Source: a virus
Lineage: Duplodnaviria; Caudoviricetes
Virus record (IMG/VR): IMGVR_UViG_3300038427_000258
Span: 1-51,980 of that record
Reading direction: 5' to 3' (one strand)
Length of the DNA stretch: 51,980 nucleotides
This document shows positions 44,936 to 51,980 of the stretch, in pieces; position 1 is the stretch's first letter, and each line of letters begins with the position of its first letter. The notes beneath the pieces were generated by a model. The model ran no database searches and was not told where the DNA came from. It saw nothing but the letters and a program-made list of their open reading frames with translations. A program made the position numbers and the translations under genes.

Positions 44936-45399
44936 AGCGCGAGCCGCCCGTCATCCTCGTAGATTCCCGCGAGCAACGCCCGCTCGACTTCGACGACGCG
45001 CCGCGTCGGTTGGCAACTCTCGAAACGGGGGACTATAGCGCGGAGGGCCTGGAGCGGATCATCTGCATTGAAAGAAAGAGTGTCTCGGATCTCTATGGAA
45101 CCGTAGGCAAGGGTCGCGAACGCTTTGAGCGCGAGATCGTGCGCGCGTCGAAGCTCTGGTACTTCGGCATCGTCATCGAGGGCTCGCTCGAACAAGTGCT
45201 CCTCGGCGCCCCGCACTCGCAGATGAGCCCGCACAGCGTCATCGGCTCACTGCACTCCTGGGAGTTGCGCTACCCCAACATTCACGTTCACTACGCGGGC
45301 AACCGGCTGCTCGCGGCGGCACTCGTGCGGAAGCTGCTGTATAAGTGCGCGGAGTACGTCGAGCGGGGCGAAATCAAGTTTGACGAAAAGATGACATAG
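44932..45399 (+). CDS. ERCC4/XPF-family nuclease
   Basis: VDSREQ, LETGDYS, IERKS..DL motifs; start 44932 (GTG) or 44908. Confidence 0.88.
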   Translation: MKREPPVILVDSREQRPLDFDDAPRRLATLETGDYSAEGLERIICIERKSVSDLYGTVGKGRERFEREIVRASKLWYFGIVIEGSLEQVLLGAPHSQMSPHSVIGSLHSWELRYPNIHVHYAGNRLLAAALVRKLLYKCAEYVERGEIKFDEKMT

Positions 45400-45447
45400 G
45401 CATAATCTGTGCGGGTTGCTCTGGCGAGCGACGAAGTGAGGGGCAGG

Positions 45448-47661
45448 ATGGACCTGAGCGAATGGGCGACGCTTTTCCAACGGGTACATTGGTCAGACGA
45501 CACACAGTTCACGGCACTCTGTCCTGCGCATCCGGATAAAACTCCTAGTCTTTCAGCCAGCGTAGGTTCTGACGATCGCGTTCTGCTAAAATGCTTCGCA
45601 GGCTGTAGCGTCGAGCAGATTTGCGGGGCGGTTGGGAAAAAGGTCGCTGATCTCTTTGCCCCCAAGCCCCAAACGACGGCGGCTTCGCCAGCCCGCCGCC
45701 TCGCTACTCTGTCCGACCTCGCGACCGCGAAGAAAATTCAGATCGAATGGCTACGCGACCATGGCTGCGACGACGCGCCCGATGGTTCTTACGTCGGCAT
45801 TGGCTACTTCGACCAGGACGAGAATCAGGTCGCTGTCCGCAAGCGCTGGGCGCTCAAGGCCAAGGATGGGTCAGCGTGGCCCAAGGGCTCGAAACTCGTT
45901 CCCTACGGCCTCTGGATGCTCAAGGAATGGCCTGGCGCGCCCGACCTGACCATCGTTGAGGGCGAAACCGATTGTTGGGCGCTCTGGTTCAATCGCGTGC
46001 CCGCGCTCGGCCTCCCTGGCGCCACGAACGTCAAATGTCTCGAATCGCAACACCTCGCCGACCGCGCGCGCATTTTCGTCGTCCAGGAGCCCGATAGCGC
46101 CGGTTCGGCCTTTCCTGGTCGCGTTGCACAGCGCGCTCGCGAAATCGGCTGGAAGGGTCAAATCCTCGCAGTCACGATGCCATCTGGCATCAAAGACCCG
46201 GCTGACCTCCATGTCGCTGGGCGGTTCGCGGAGTGGCCGGCGCTGCTCGCGGCCGCGCGCCCCCTTGACCAAAAGCAAGTCGAGAAGCCGATTATCGACG
46301 CGAAGGCGCCGCACCTCATCGCGAAGGCTTACGTGAAGGCGAAGGCTGAAACGCCAGAGGGCCGAACACTACACCATTGGGACGATATTTTCTGGACCTG
46401 GACGGGTACGCATTACATCGAGCGCACTAATCAGGATCAGCGCGCGGCGCTCGGACAGTTCATTACGGATGAGATAACGCTGACTCAAGGTAATCGCATC
46501 ATCGCGCCGAATACCTGGCACACCGTCAACACGCTCGACATGCTGAAATCGACCATCAATCTGCCGATGACCGAAGTAACGCCACCGACATGGATAGGCG
46601 AGCAGCCAGACGAGACGATCAGGATCGCGGTTGAGAATGGTATCGTCGCGGTTTCGTCGGGCCAGCTCACGCCACCGAGCCCGCGATGGTTCTGCTTCAA
46701 TTCGATCCGCACGTCCTACGATGCCGACGCCGAATGCCCCGAATGGCTGAAATTTCTCAGTGTCGTTTGGTCCGATCAGCAATCGCGCGATACCCTTCAG
46801 GAAATTTTCGGCTACCTACTCACTGCCGACATGAAGCAGCAGAAACTTTTCGGTATCGTGGGACCACCGCGCTCCGGCAAGGGAACGATCGGCCGCGTCA
46901 TCGAAGCGCTCCTCGGCCGCGATACCATTGGGCGCCCGGCGATGGCCGACTTCGGCTATCAGTTCGGTCTCGAACCGCTCATCGGCAAATCTCTCGCGAT
47001 CATGTCCGACGTGCGGCTCGACAATTCGGTGTCGGCCGCTATGCTTTCCGAGCGTCTCCTCGCAATCTCCGGCGAGGACGGGATCACCGTCACGCGCAAG
47101 CACCAATCAGCTTGGGGCGGTCAGCTTCGCATCCACTTCCTACTTCTCACGAACGAGCTTCCAAAATTCAAAGACCCTTCCGGCGCGCTTCCCTCGCGAT
47201 TCATTCTTCTAAAAACTCAGCGCTCGTTTCTCGGAAAAGAGGACTACGATCTTTACCCGCGTTTGGCGCGCGAGCTGCCCGGAATCCTCAATTGGGCGAT
47301 CGAGGGTTGGATGCGACTCGAAGAACGCGGCCACTTCATTCAACCCGAAGAGTCGATCGAAATGGCCGAGCATATGACCAGCATCGCGAACCCGATTGCC
47401 GAGTTTATCAGCGATGAGTGTATTAAGTCTGGCTCAATTCATAAGGTCGATTTGTATAAGCGATACTTAAAATGGTGCGAGGATTTGAAGAATCACGCGC
47501 TCGCGATGCCAGTATTTTTTCGCGACCTCCGGGCCTATTTGCCTGATTTAAAATTCGGCCGACAAATGGGTAAGCCCCGACATATCGAGGGGCTCCGACT
47601 CAAGACGGAACAGGAAAAAACCCTCGAAATGGCCGATGACGCCCGGAATGAGGGTACTTGA
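45448..47661 (+). CDS. Primase-helicase: Zn finger + TOPRIM + D5/P4-family SF3 helicase
   Basis: CPAH.D..PSL...CFAGC; IVEGETD, EPDSAG, KDPAD; GPPRSGKGT, LLTNELP motifs. Confidence 0.92.
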   Translation: MDLSEWATLFQRVHWSDDTQFTALCPAHPDKTPSLSASVGSDDRVLLKCFAGCSVEQICGAVGKKVADLFAPKPQTTAASPARRLATLSDLATAKKIQIEWLRDHGCDDAPDGSYVGIGYFDQDENQVAVRKRWALKAKDGSAWPKGSKLVPYGLWMLKEWPGAPDLTIVEGETDCWALWFNRVPALGLPGATNVKCLESQHLADRARIFVVQEPDSAGSAFPGRVAQRAREIGWKGQILAVTMPSGIKDPADLHVAGRFAEWPALLAAARPLDQKQVEKPIIDAKAPHLIAKAYVKAKAETPEGRTLHHWDDIFWTWTGTHYIERTNQDQRAALGQFITDEITLTQGNRIIAPNTWHTVNTLDMLKSTINLPMTEVTPPTWIGEQPDETIRIAVENGIVAVSSGQLTPPSPRWFCFNSIRTSYDADAECPEWLKFLSVVWSDQQSRDTLQEIFGYLLTADMKQQKLFGIVGPPRSGKGTIGRVIEALLGRDTIGRPAMADFGYQFGLEPLIGKSLAIMSDVRLDNSVSAAMLSERLLAISGEDGITVTRKHQSAWGGQLRIHFLLLTNELPKFKDPSGALPSRFILLKTQRSFLGKEDYDLYPRLARELPGILNWAIEGWMRLEERGHFIQPEESIEMAEHMTSIANPIAEFISDECIKSGSIHKVDLYKRYLKWCEDLKNHALAMPVFFRDLRAYLPDLKFGRQMGKPRHIEGLRLKTEQEKTLEMADDARNEGT

Positions 47662-47902
47662 ACCGTGAAAAAACGTAGTAATACCAAGCATTCCATGTAT
47701 CCCCGTTTCTTCTTCTTTCTTTATATACTCAGGTTCCGCACACTGACCAAAACCATTTTTCCAGTCATTCTGGCGCGCTCAGCTCTCTTATACGCACGCG
47801 CCTGTAACGTGGAATACGTGGAATGGTTGGAATACTCCTAGGGAGAGAAGGGGTTCGTAAAATTGACTATATTGGAATGACATGGAATGAAGGTGGAATA
47901 CA
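47662..47902. other. Putative replication origin with TGGAAT iterons
   Basis: AT-rich intergenic region; TGGAAT at 47810, 47819, 47828, 47873, 47883 and 47894, inverted copy at 47690. Confidence 0.7.
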
Positions 47903-48235
47903 ATGAATACCGAGATTAGATGGAAGTTTTTCAGAACTGAAGGCCCGAAGTGTCACTACTGTCTTACGACTTTAAGCGAGGACGATTTTGAAATCGATCA
48001 CTTCGTTCCGCGCTCGCGAGGTGGCGGCGACGAATGGGAGAACCTGCGCGTCGCGTGCCGGCCGTGCAACCGGAAGAAGCGGGATTTAATTTGGGAAGTG
48101 ACTCACGAGTATGTCGAAGACTCAAACGGTCAGGCGGTGATTCATGCCGTCTGGGAAATACTCGTTATGAACTTCGACGAATGGCAAGAATGGAAAAAAG
48201 GATGCTCCCAATTGGCGCATTCCTTGCCGTTCTGA
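47903..48235 (+). CDS. HNH endonuclease
   Basis: CHYC..IDHFVPRSRGG..WENL..ACRPCN..K. Confidence 0.92.
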   Translation: MNTEIRWKFFRTEGPKCHYCLTTLSEDDFEIDHFVPRSRGGGDEWENLRVACRPCNRKKRDLIWEVTHEYVEDSNGQAVIHAVWEILVMNFDEWQEWKKGCSQLAHSLPF

Positions 48236-48246
48236 GGAGCGAAGCC

Positions 48247-48444
48247 ATGACCTGCACCACCTGCCAATCCCCCATCCCGCCCACCGTCTTCGCGATGTTC
48301 GGCCCCAAGTGCGACGCGTGCCGGCATCCGCCCCTCACGGTAACTGAGCGCGCAGCGTGGGCCGCGATGATGGAGCGGATACGCGCGATGCCCGACCCGA
48401 ACGGAGAGATTGAGGCCGCGCCGCCGTTGGAGGTAAAGCCGTGA
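48247..48444 (+). CDS. Small zinc-finger protein
   Basis: GAGGAG SD; CTTC...CDAC. Confidence 0.65.
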   Translation: MTCTTCQSPIPPTVFAMFGPKCDACRHPPLTVTERAAWAAMMERIRAMPDPNGEIEAAPPLEVKP

Positions 48445-48608
48445 ACAAAAAATTACTTACTACGCTTTCCGACGCCCAGTTGCTCGACCAATGGAAAGCG
48501 ATCGTCTCGGGGATGGAGTGTGGTTGCCCGCTCTGCATTCGGGATTTACTCGATGAACTGGCTCCGCGCTTCGGGAAAAAGGTTGAGCCGGCGCCGCCGC
48601 TCAAGTGA
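48441..48608 (+). CDS. Small CxCxxC protein
   Basis: GGAGG SD; GTGA overlap. Confidence 0.6.
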   Translation: MNKKLLTTLSDAQLLDQWKAIVSGMECGCPLCIRDLLDELAPRFGKKVEPAPPLK

Positions 48609-48800
48609 GAGACGCCCATCGACTTCGCGCACGTCAAGGCCATCCAGGACTCCATCGCGGGCCTTTACAAGCTCGGCCGGCTCGCGAATCCGGCGGACGA
48701 GGCCGTGCGGATGGAGACGATCGAAAAGTTGACGCGCCAGCTTGACGGCTGGCAGTGGGAGTTTAGGGACGAGAGACAGATTCAGGGGAGGTTGCTTTAG
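48609..48800 (+). pseudogene. Coding-like frame lacking a canonical start (frameshifted gene or readthrough extension)
   Basis: Strong C/G wobble bias; TAG abuts ATG 48801; in frame with the preceding ORF past its TGA. Confidence 0.45.
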
Positions 48801-49175
48801 ATGCCGTGTAGTCACTGCAAACACTGCCGCGAAAAGGCCGACGCCGCGATCGCGAAAAAGATCGCCGACCACGAGGAATGCCGCCGGATATTGAAAGCCG
48901 TCGCGAAGGTCTACCGGGTCAACCCGCGGAGCCTCGTCGGCCACTCGCGGATTCTGCATCTCGCGATGGCGCGGCAGATCGCGTTTTACCTCGCGCGAGA
49001 GCGGACCACGCTGTCGTTTCCGGAACTCGGCCGGTTCTTCAACCACGATCACACCACCGTCTTGCACGGCTATAAGCGCATCAAGGAGCGGATGGGGCAG
49101 CAGCCCGCGTTCGCGAAGCAGGTGGACAGCGTGGGGCTGAACGAGGCGCGGGAGCAGCAGGAGCGCGGAGCATGA
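48801..49175 (+). CDS. DnaA C-terminal (domain IV) HTH protein
   Basis: ARQIAFYLARE.T.LSFPELGRFFNHDHTTVLHG. Confidence 0.9.
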   Translation: MPCSHCKHCREKADAAIAKKIADHEECRRILKAVAKVYRVNPRSLVGHSRILHLAMARQIAFYLARERTTLSFPELGRFFNHDHTTVLHGYKRIKERMGQQPAFAKQVDSVGLNEAREQQERGA

Positions 49176-49723
49176 GTCTGCCCGAAGGTAAATATCGCTG
49201 CATCGTGGCCGATCCGCCATGGCCGCATGAATTGACGGGTTCCTTTCGGCGCCGCGAGAATCGAGCAACGGCGCTCCCGTACGATACGATGAGCCTGCAG
49301 GATATCGCGGCGCTTCCGGTCGCATCTTTGGCCGAATCAGACGCGCATTTGTGGCTCTGGACCACCAACCGGATGCTCTCAGACTCGTTTGCGATTATGA
49401 AAGCGTGGGGATTTACCTATCTGACCACGATAACGTGGGTGAAGCCATCTGGTCTTGGCGCTTGGTTCGCGAACACGACGCAGCATTGCCTTTTCGGCTA
49501 CTTCGAGAAATGTGTATTTCCGCTCGAACGCTACAAGCCAACCCACTTCGAGGCCGTCGTCAAAGCAGGAGAGCATAGCCGCAAACCAGATGTGTTCTAT
49601 CGTCTCGTGCGCTCAATCAGTCCGGCGCCGCGTATCGATCTATTCAACCGGCGCGATATTTACGAGTTTGATGGATGGGGCGATGAAACCACGCACAGAA
49701 AGCAAGGCGTCCTCGGTCTATGA
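49172..49723 (+). CDS. MT-A70 family adenine methyltransferase
   Basis: IVADPPW, HLWLWTTN, WGF.Y.TTITW.K, HSRKP, WGDE. Confidence 0.93.
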   Translation: MSLPEGKYRCIVADPPWPHELTGSFRRRENRATALPYDTMSLQDIAALPVASLAESDAHLWLWTTNRMLSDSFAIMKAWGFTYLTTITWVKPSGLGAWFANTTQHCLFGYFEKCVFPLERYKPTHFEAVVKAGEHSRKPDVFYRLVRSISPAPRIDLFNRRDIYEFDGWGDETTHRKQGVLGL

Positions 49724-49764
49724 GGCGGCGCACCATCGCGCTGTTCTACTCGCGCGGCGACTGC

Positions 49765-49935
49765 TCAGGATTTCGACTCCTTTGGCGGTAGCGCCTCTTG
49801 CTCATCGATCCACTCGCGCAGCACCCAAGCCGAGAAGCCCCATCCAATTGTCCGCCCCAACGGGCTTTCAAATAGCGAGATGACGGCGGCGACGAGGAGA
49901 ACGAAGGTCAGTGCTTTAGCGAGCCAGATTTTCAT
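49765..49935 (-). CDS. Small membrane protein
   Basis: GGAGG SD; hydrophobic. Confidence 0.55.
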   Translation of the reverse strand: MKIWLAKALTFVLLVAAVISLFESPLGRTIGWGFSAWVLREWIDEQEALPPKESKS

Positions 49936-50147
49936 TTCGGTAGCGCCTCCCAGAACTCGCAGTCGGTGTATGGCGCGGACCACCGCAGCCATCCCCTGAC
50001 GCTGCCCGTGATAGTGCCATGCTCTTTGGACTTAGGAATCTTGATAATTGGTTCAGCGCTGCAAAGTCCTTCTCCAGTTCGGCGGTTTTTCGCGGTTTTG
50101 GTCCACGCCGCGAAGGCGCAGTTGCGGCAGGTCTGGTCAGTCGGCAT
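49932..50147 (-). CDS. Small Cys-rich protein (CxxC...C...C.FW)
   Basis: GGAGG SD; ATGA overlap. Confidence 0.65.
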   Translation of the reverse strand: MPTDQTCRNCAFAAWTKTAKNRRTGEGLCSAEPIIKIPKSKEHGTITGSVRGWLRWSAPYTDCEFWEALPK

Positions 50148-50307
50148 TGTAGACCTCCGCTTGGACGTACCTGTCGTGTCCGCGATAGTTACATTCAAAA
50201 ACCCAGAAAGTCCCACGCCAGCGGATAAGTCTAGGCGATGGAAATTCAGGGCGATCTAGGTAGAACAAGTCGCCATCTCGAGTTGTAAGAATGATTGTCG
50301 GGGGCAT
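50137..50307 (-). CDS. Hypothetical protein
   Basis: AAGGAG SD. Confidence 0.55.
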   Translation of the reverse strand: MPPTIILTTRDGDLFYLDRPEFPSPRLIRWRGTFWVFECNYRGHDRYVQAEVYNAD

Positions 50308-50320
50308 TGGGGTCACTCCT

Positions 50321-50515
50321 TCACTTGGCACATTCGGCGAGCTTTTCAACAGCCTGCTCGAATCGCTCGATCCACTCGGTTAGAAACCGCTGATGATGAA
50401 ACAATGTTTCGTGGATTGAATTGGCCGCGCTTTGCATCCGGTCGGCGGCCTCTACCATCGTGCGCGAAGCATTGCCGACTTGTTCCGAGCCTATCAAGTG
50501 AACATATTCAGCCAC
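50321..50515 (-). CDS. Conserved helical phage protein (YVHLIGSEQV.NA...M..AA..M..AA)
   Basis: GAGGAGG SD, GTG start. Confidence 0.7.
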   Translation of the reverse strand: MAEYVHLIGSEQVGNASRTMVEAADRMQSAANSIHETLFHHQRFLTEWIERFEQAVEKLAECAK

Positions 50516-50570
50516 AGTCAGTCCCTCCTCGTGCGTTTCAATGGGGTGCGGTCCTCGCTTGATGATGCGG

Positions 50571-50717
50571 TTAGCGTGCGTCGCTCAACTTTTCCCTGAT
50601 TATGGTCGCGTGAATAGTCTCTCGCTTGTGACGATTTTTGTCCTCAATGGCCTCGTCGCGACTGGCGCGCCACTTTCCCCGGTACTCACACACCATGCAC
50701 TCTGCTCGATACTCCAT
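50571..50717 (-). CDS. 48-aa CxxC...H...H zinc-finger protein
   Basis: GGAGG SD; MEYRAECMVC...H...H; missing from the ORF track. Confidence 0.55.
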   Translation of the reverse strand: MEYRAECMVCEYRGKWRASRDEAIEDKNRHKRETIHATIIREKLSDAR

Positions 50718-50791
50718 TTCCCTCGCCCTCCCGATGCGTTATGCACAATCTAGCGTGCAGTTGATTTCGCGGCCTCTGTTCATGGATTTCG

Positions 50792-51061
50792 TCATCGCAT
50801 TTTGTCCGGGTCGTAGTTGATCGTGAACGGGTGCAGCGGGTGCAGTACCAAGTAGGCGCGGTCGGGTCTGTAATAGTGTTTTCCGCGAATCTCAGTCTCG
50901 ATGTTCTTGCAGCCTTCGGGTGTATCGAAGCCCCAGTCTGGCGACATCATCGGATTGGGATCGTCGCGAAACCAATCGACTTCGACAAAGGTCTGCGGTT
51001 CACCCCCGCCAAAGTGAAATGTACCGGTCGGTTTCGGTATCTCGAATACGCGAATCAACAT
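50792..51061 (-). CDS. Hypothetical protein
   Basis: AAGGAG SD. Confidence 0.7.
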   Translation of the reverse strand: MLIRVFEIPKPTGTFHFGGGEPQTFVEVDWFRDDPNPMMSPDWGFDTPEGCKNIETEIRGKHYYRPDRAYLVLHPLHPFTINYDPDKMR

Positions 51062-51163
51062 AACGACTCCTTATTCATGGTTGCCGTTCTCCTCGTTCGT
51101 GACGGCCGGGAAGTACCGCGCTTCCCGGCTAGTCCGCAGGCGCCCGCGGCGGCGTTGGGAACG

Positions 51164-51607
51164 CTAAATCCAGCGATGATTCAGCGCGTATCCGCCGTCG
51201 TTATCCCAGCCGCAAGTATCACCATTGCGCCCTCGAAAGTGATGGTCGGTAGCGAGCGCGGCATCCTGCTTCGTCGCTGGGCGAAAGGTGCAGCCCTTAT
51301 CGCGGCAACGTTCGCCGAAGCCCTCGGGAAACAGATAGCGCCCAAGCAGATAAACCATTTCAAAGCCCATATCCATTCCGCAGCCCTGCATCCTGACCGA
51401 GTGATCGTCGGTTTTGTGTTGCAGGATGCGCCCGACGTGGTAGCCCAGATAGCGCGGCTCGCCGTCGCGGATGACGAGCGGAGTAATGTTGCGGCTCATG
51501 CCGGTACGCGAGACCGAATCCAACTTCGTGAAAACGGTGTCACCTACGTTCAACAATTCGCGGATTGCGGTCAGAGACTCTTGCCGATCTGCATCTTTGC
51601 GATTCAT
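51164..51607 (-). CDS. Conserved early phage protein (VSRTGMSR...GCGMDMGF...DGGYAL.HRW)
   Basis: Recognisable motif; first gene after the leftward promoter. Confidence 0.8.
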   Translation of the reverse strand: MNRKDADRQESLTAIRELLNVGDTVFTKLDSVSRTGMSRNITPLVIRDGEPRYLGYHVGRILQHKTDDHSVRMQGCGMDMGFEMVYLLGRYLFPEGFGERCRDKGCTFRPATKQDAALATDHHFRGRNGDTCGWDNDGGYALNHRWI

Positions 51608-51691
51608 GGCGTTCCCTCTTGACGGTTACGGAGTTAATCGACCTGAGCGGACACTAATTCAGTGCGCTCGCTATACTCGCCAACCAGGACA

Positions 51692-51761
51692 ATCATCACA
51701 CACAGACGATAATCTGTCAACAGATACACACGTTGCAATCGATAAATATTTTCGCTACTCT
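51692..51761. promoter_or_regulatory. Second back-to-back promoter pair
   Basis: Leftward TTGACA(51720-51715)-17-GATGAT; rightward TTGCAA(51733-51738)-17-TACTCT. Confidence 0.65.
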
Positions 51762-51767
51762 CAATTC

Positions 51768-51980
51768 ATGCGGGAAATGCAGCTCAAATGCCGTCACTGT
51801 CACGGTGCCGAACCTCACACCTGCTCTGTTGCTCTCAGCGATTCGGAGAAGGGCAAGCGCGCCGTTGACGCCAGGGAACGCAAGCGCAAAGCAGACAAGC
51901 GCCCCACCGACCTCATCGACCCCGACAAGGATTGCCGCGATGCGGGAAATGCCACTCCAACCCTCGCTAAACCCCAAACC
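51768..51980 (+). CDS. 72-aa CxxC...H.C protein spanning the genome junction (ends at TAG 131-133)
   Basis: MREMQLKCRHCHGAEPHTC...KPQTN* reads uninterrupted through the repeat. Confidence 0.6.
   Translation, partial: MREMQLKCRHCHGAEPHTCSVALSDSEKGKRAVDARERKRKADKRPTDLIDPDKDCRDAGNATPTLAKPQT
51854..51980. repeat. Terminal direct repeat, copy 2
   Basis: Identical to 1-127. Confidence 0.95.

Noticed and set aside
45380-45406. Promoter TTGACG...CATAAT before the primase
   Set aside because: The spacer is only 15 bp; plausible but too weak to call
47903-49723. HNH plus MT-A70 as a restriction-modification system
   Set aside because: Not adjacent; both are common stand-alone phage genes; no specificity subunit
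50831-51622. 263-aa plus-strand ORF
   Set aside because: Shadow of two minus-strand genes that have SDs and recognisable motifs
1-51980. Genome-wide stop-codon reassignment
   Set aside because: TAG, TGA and TAA all end well-supported genes right next to the following starts, and core genes are intact in the standard code

Overview
This window is a complete (circular or circularly permuted) GC-rich dsDNA tailed-phage genome of about 51,853 bp. Bases 1-127 are repeated exactly at 51854-51980, and an ORF reads through the junction. Gene order is podovirus-like (P22/SU10 type): TerS candidate, TerL carrying a LAGLIDADG intein, portal, scaffold, major capsid, adaptor, nozzle, fibre, ejection proteins, tail spike, then a lysis region (SLT-type endolysin, holin-like proteins, lipoprotein) that also holds a Tad1/Acb2-like anti-defence protein. 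Next come a leftward block of small accessory genes bounded by short repeats, a divergent promoter pair, and a replication arm (RecT/Bet, DUF669-like SSB, RecD2-like helicase, ERCC4 nuclease, primase-SF3 helicase, iteron origin, HNH, DnaA-C, MT-A70). No integrase, DNA polymerase, reverse transcriptase or CRISPR array is visible. The most unusual feature is about ten Sec-signal-peptide proteins, most in the late region and including the 1081-aa tail spike and a capsid-adjacent fibre-like protein. Each has an even number of mature-region cysteines and several carry mucin-like Thr/Pro repeats, suggesting virion appendages that mature in the periplasm. Also notable are a cluster of protamine-like microproteins, ATC and CTG start codons, a tRNA-like T-arm/acceptor element inside recT, and A/T-rich synonymous codon patches at conserved motifs. 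The host is tentatively Candidatus Binatota. All assignments come from motif recognition by eye; no searches were run.
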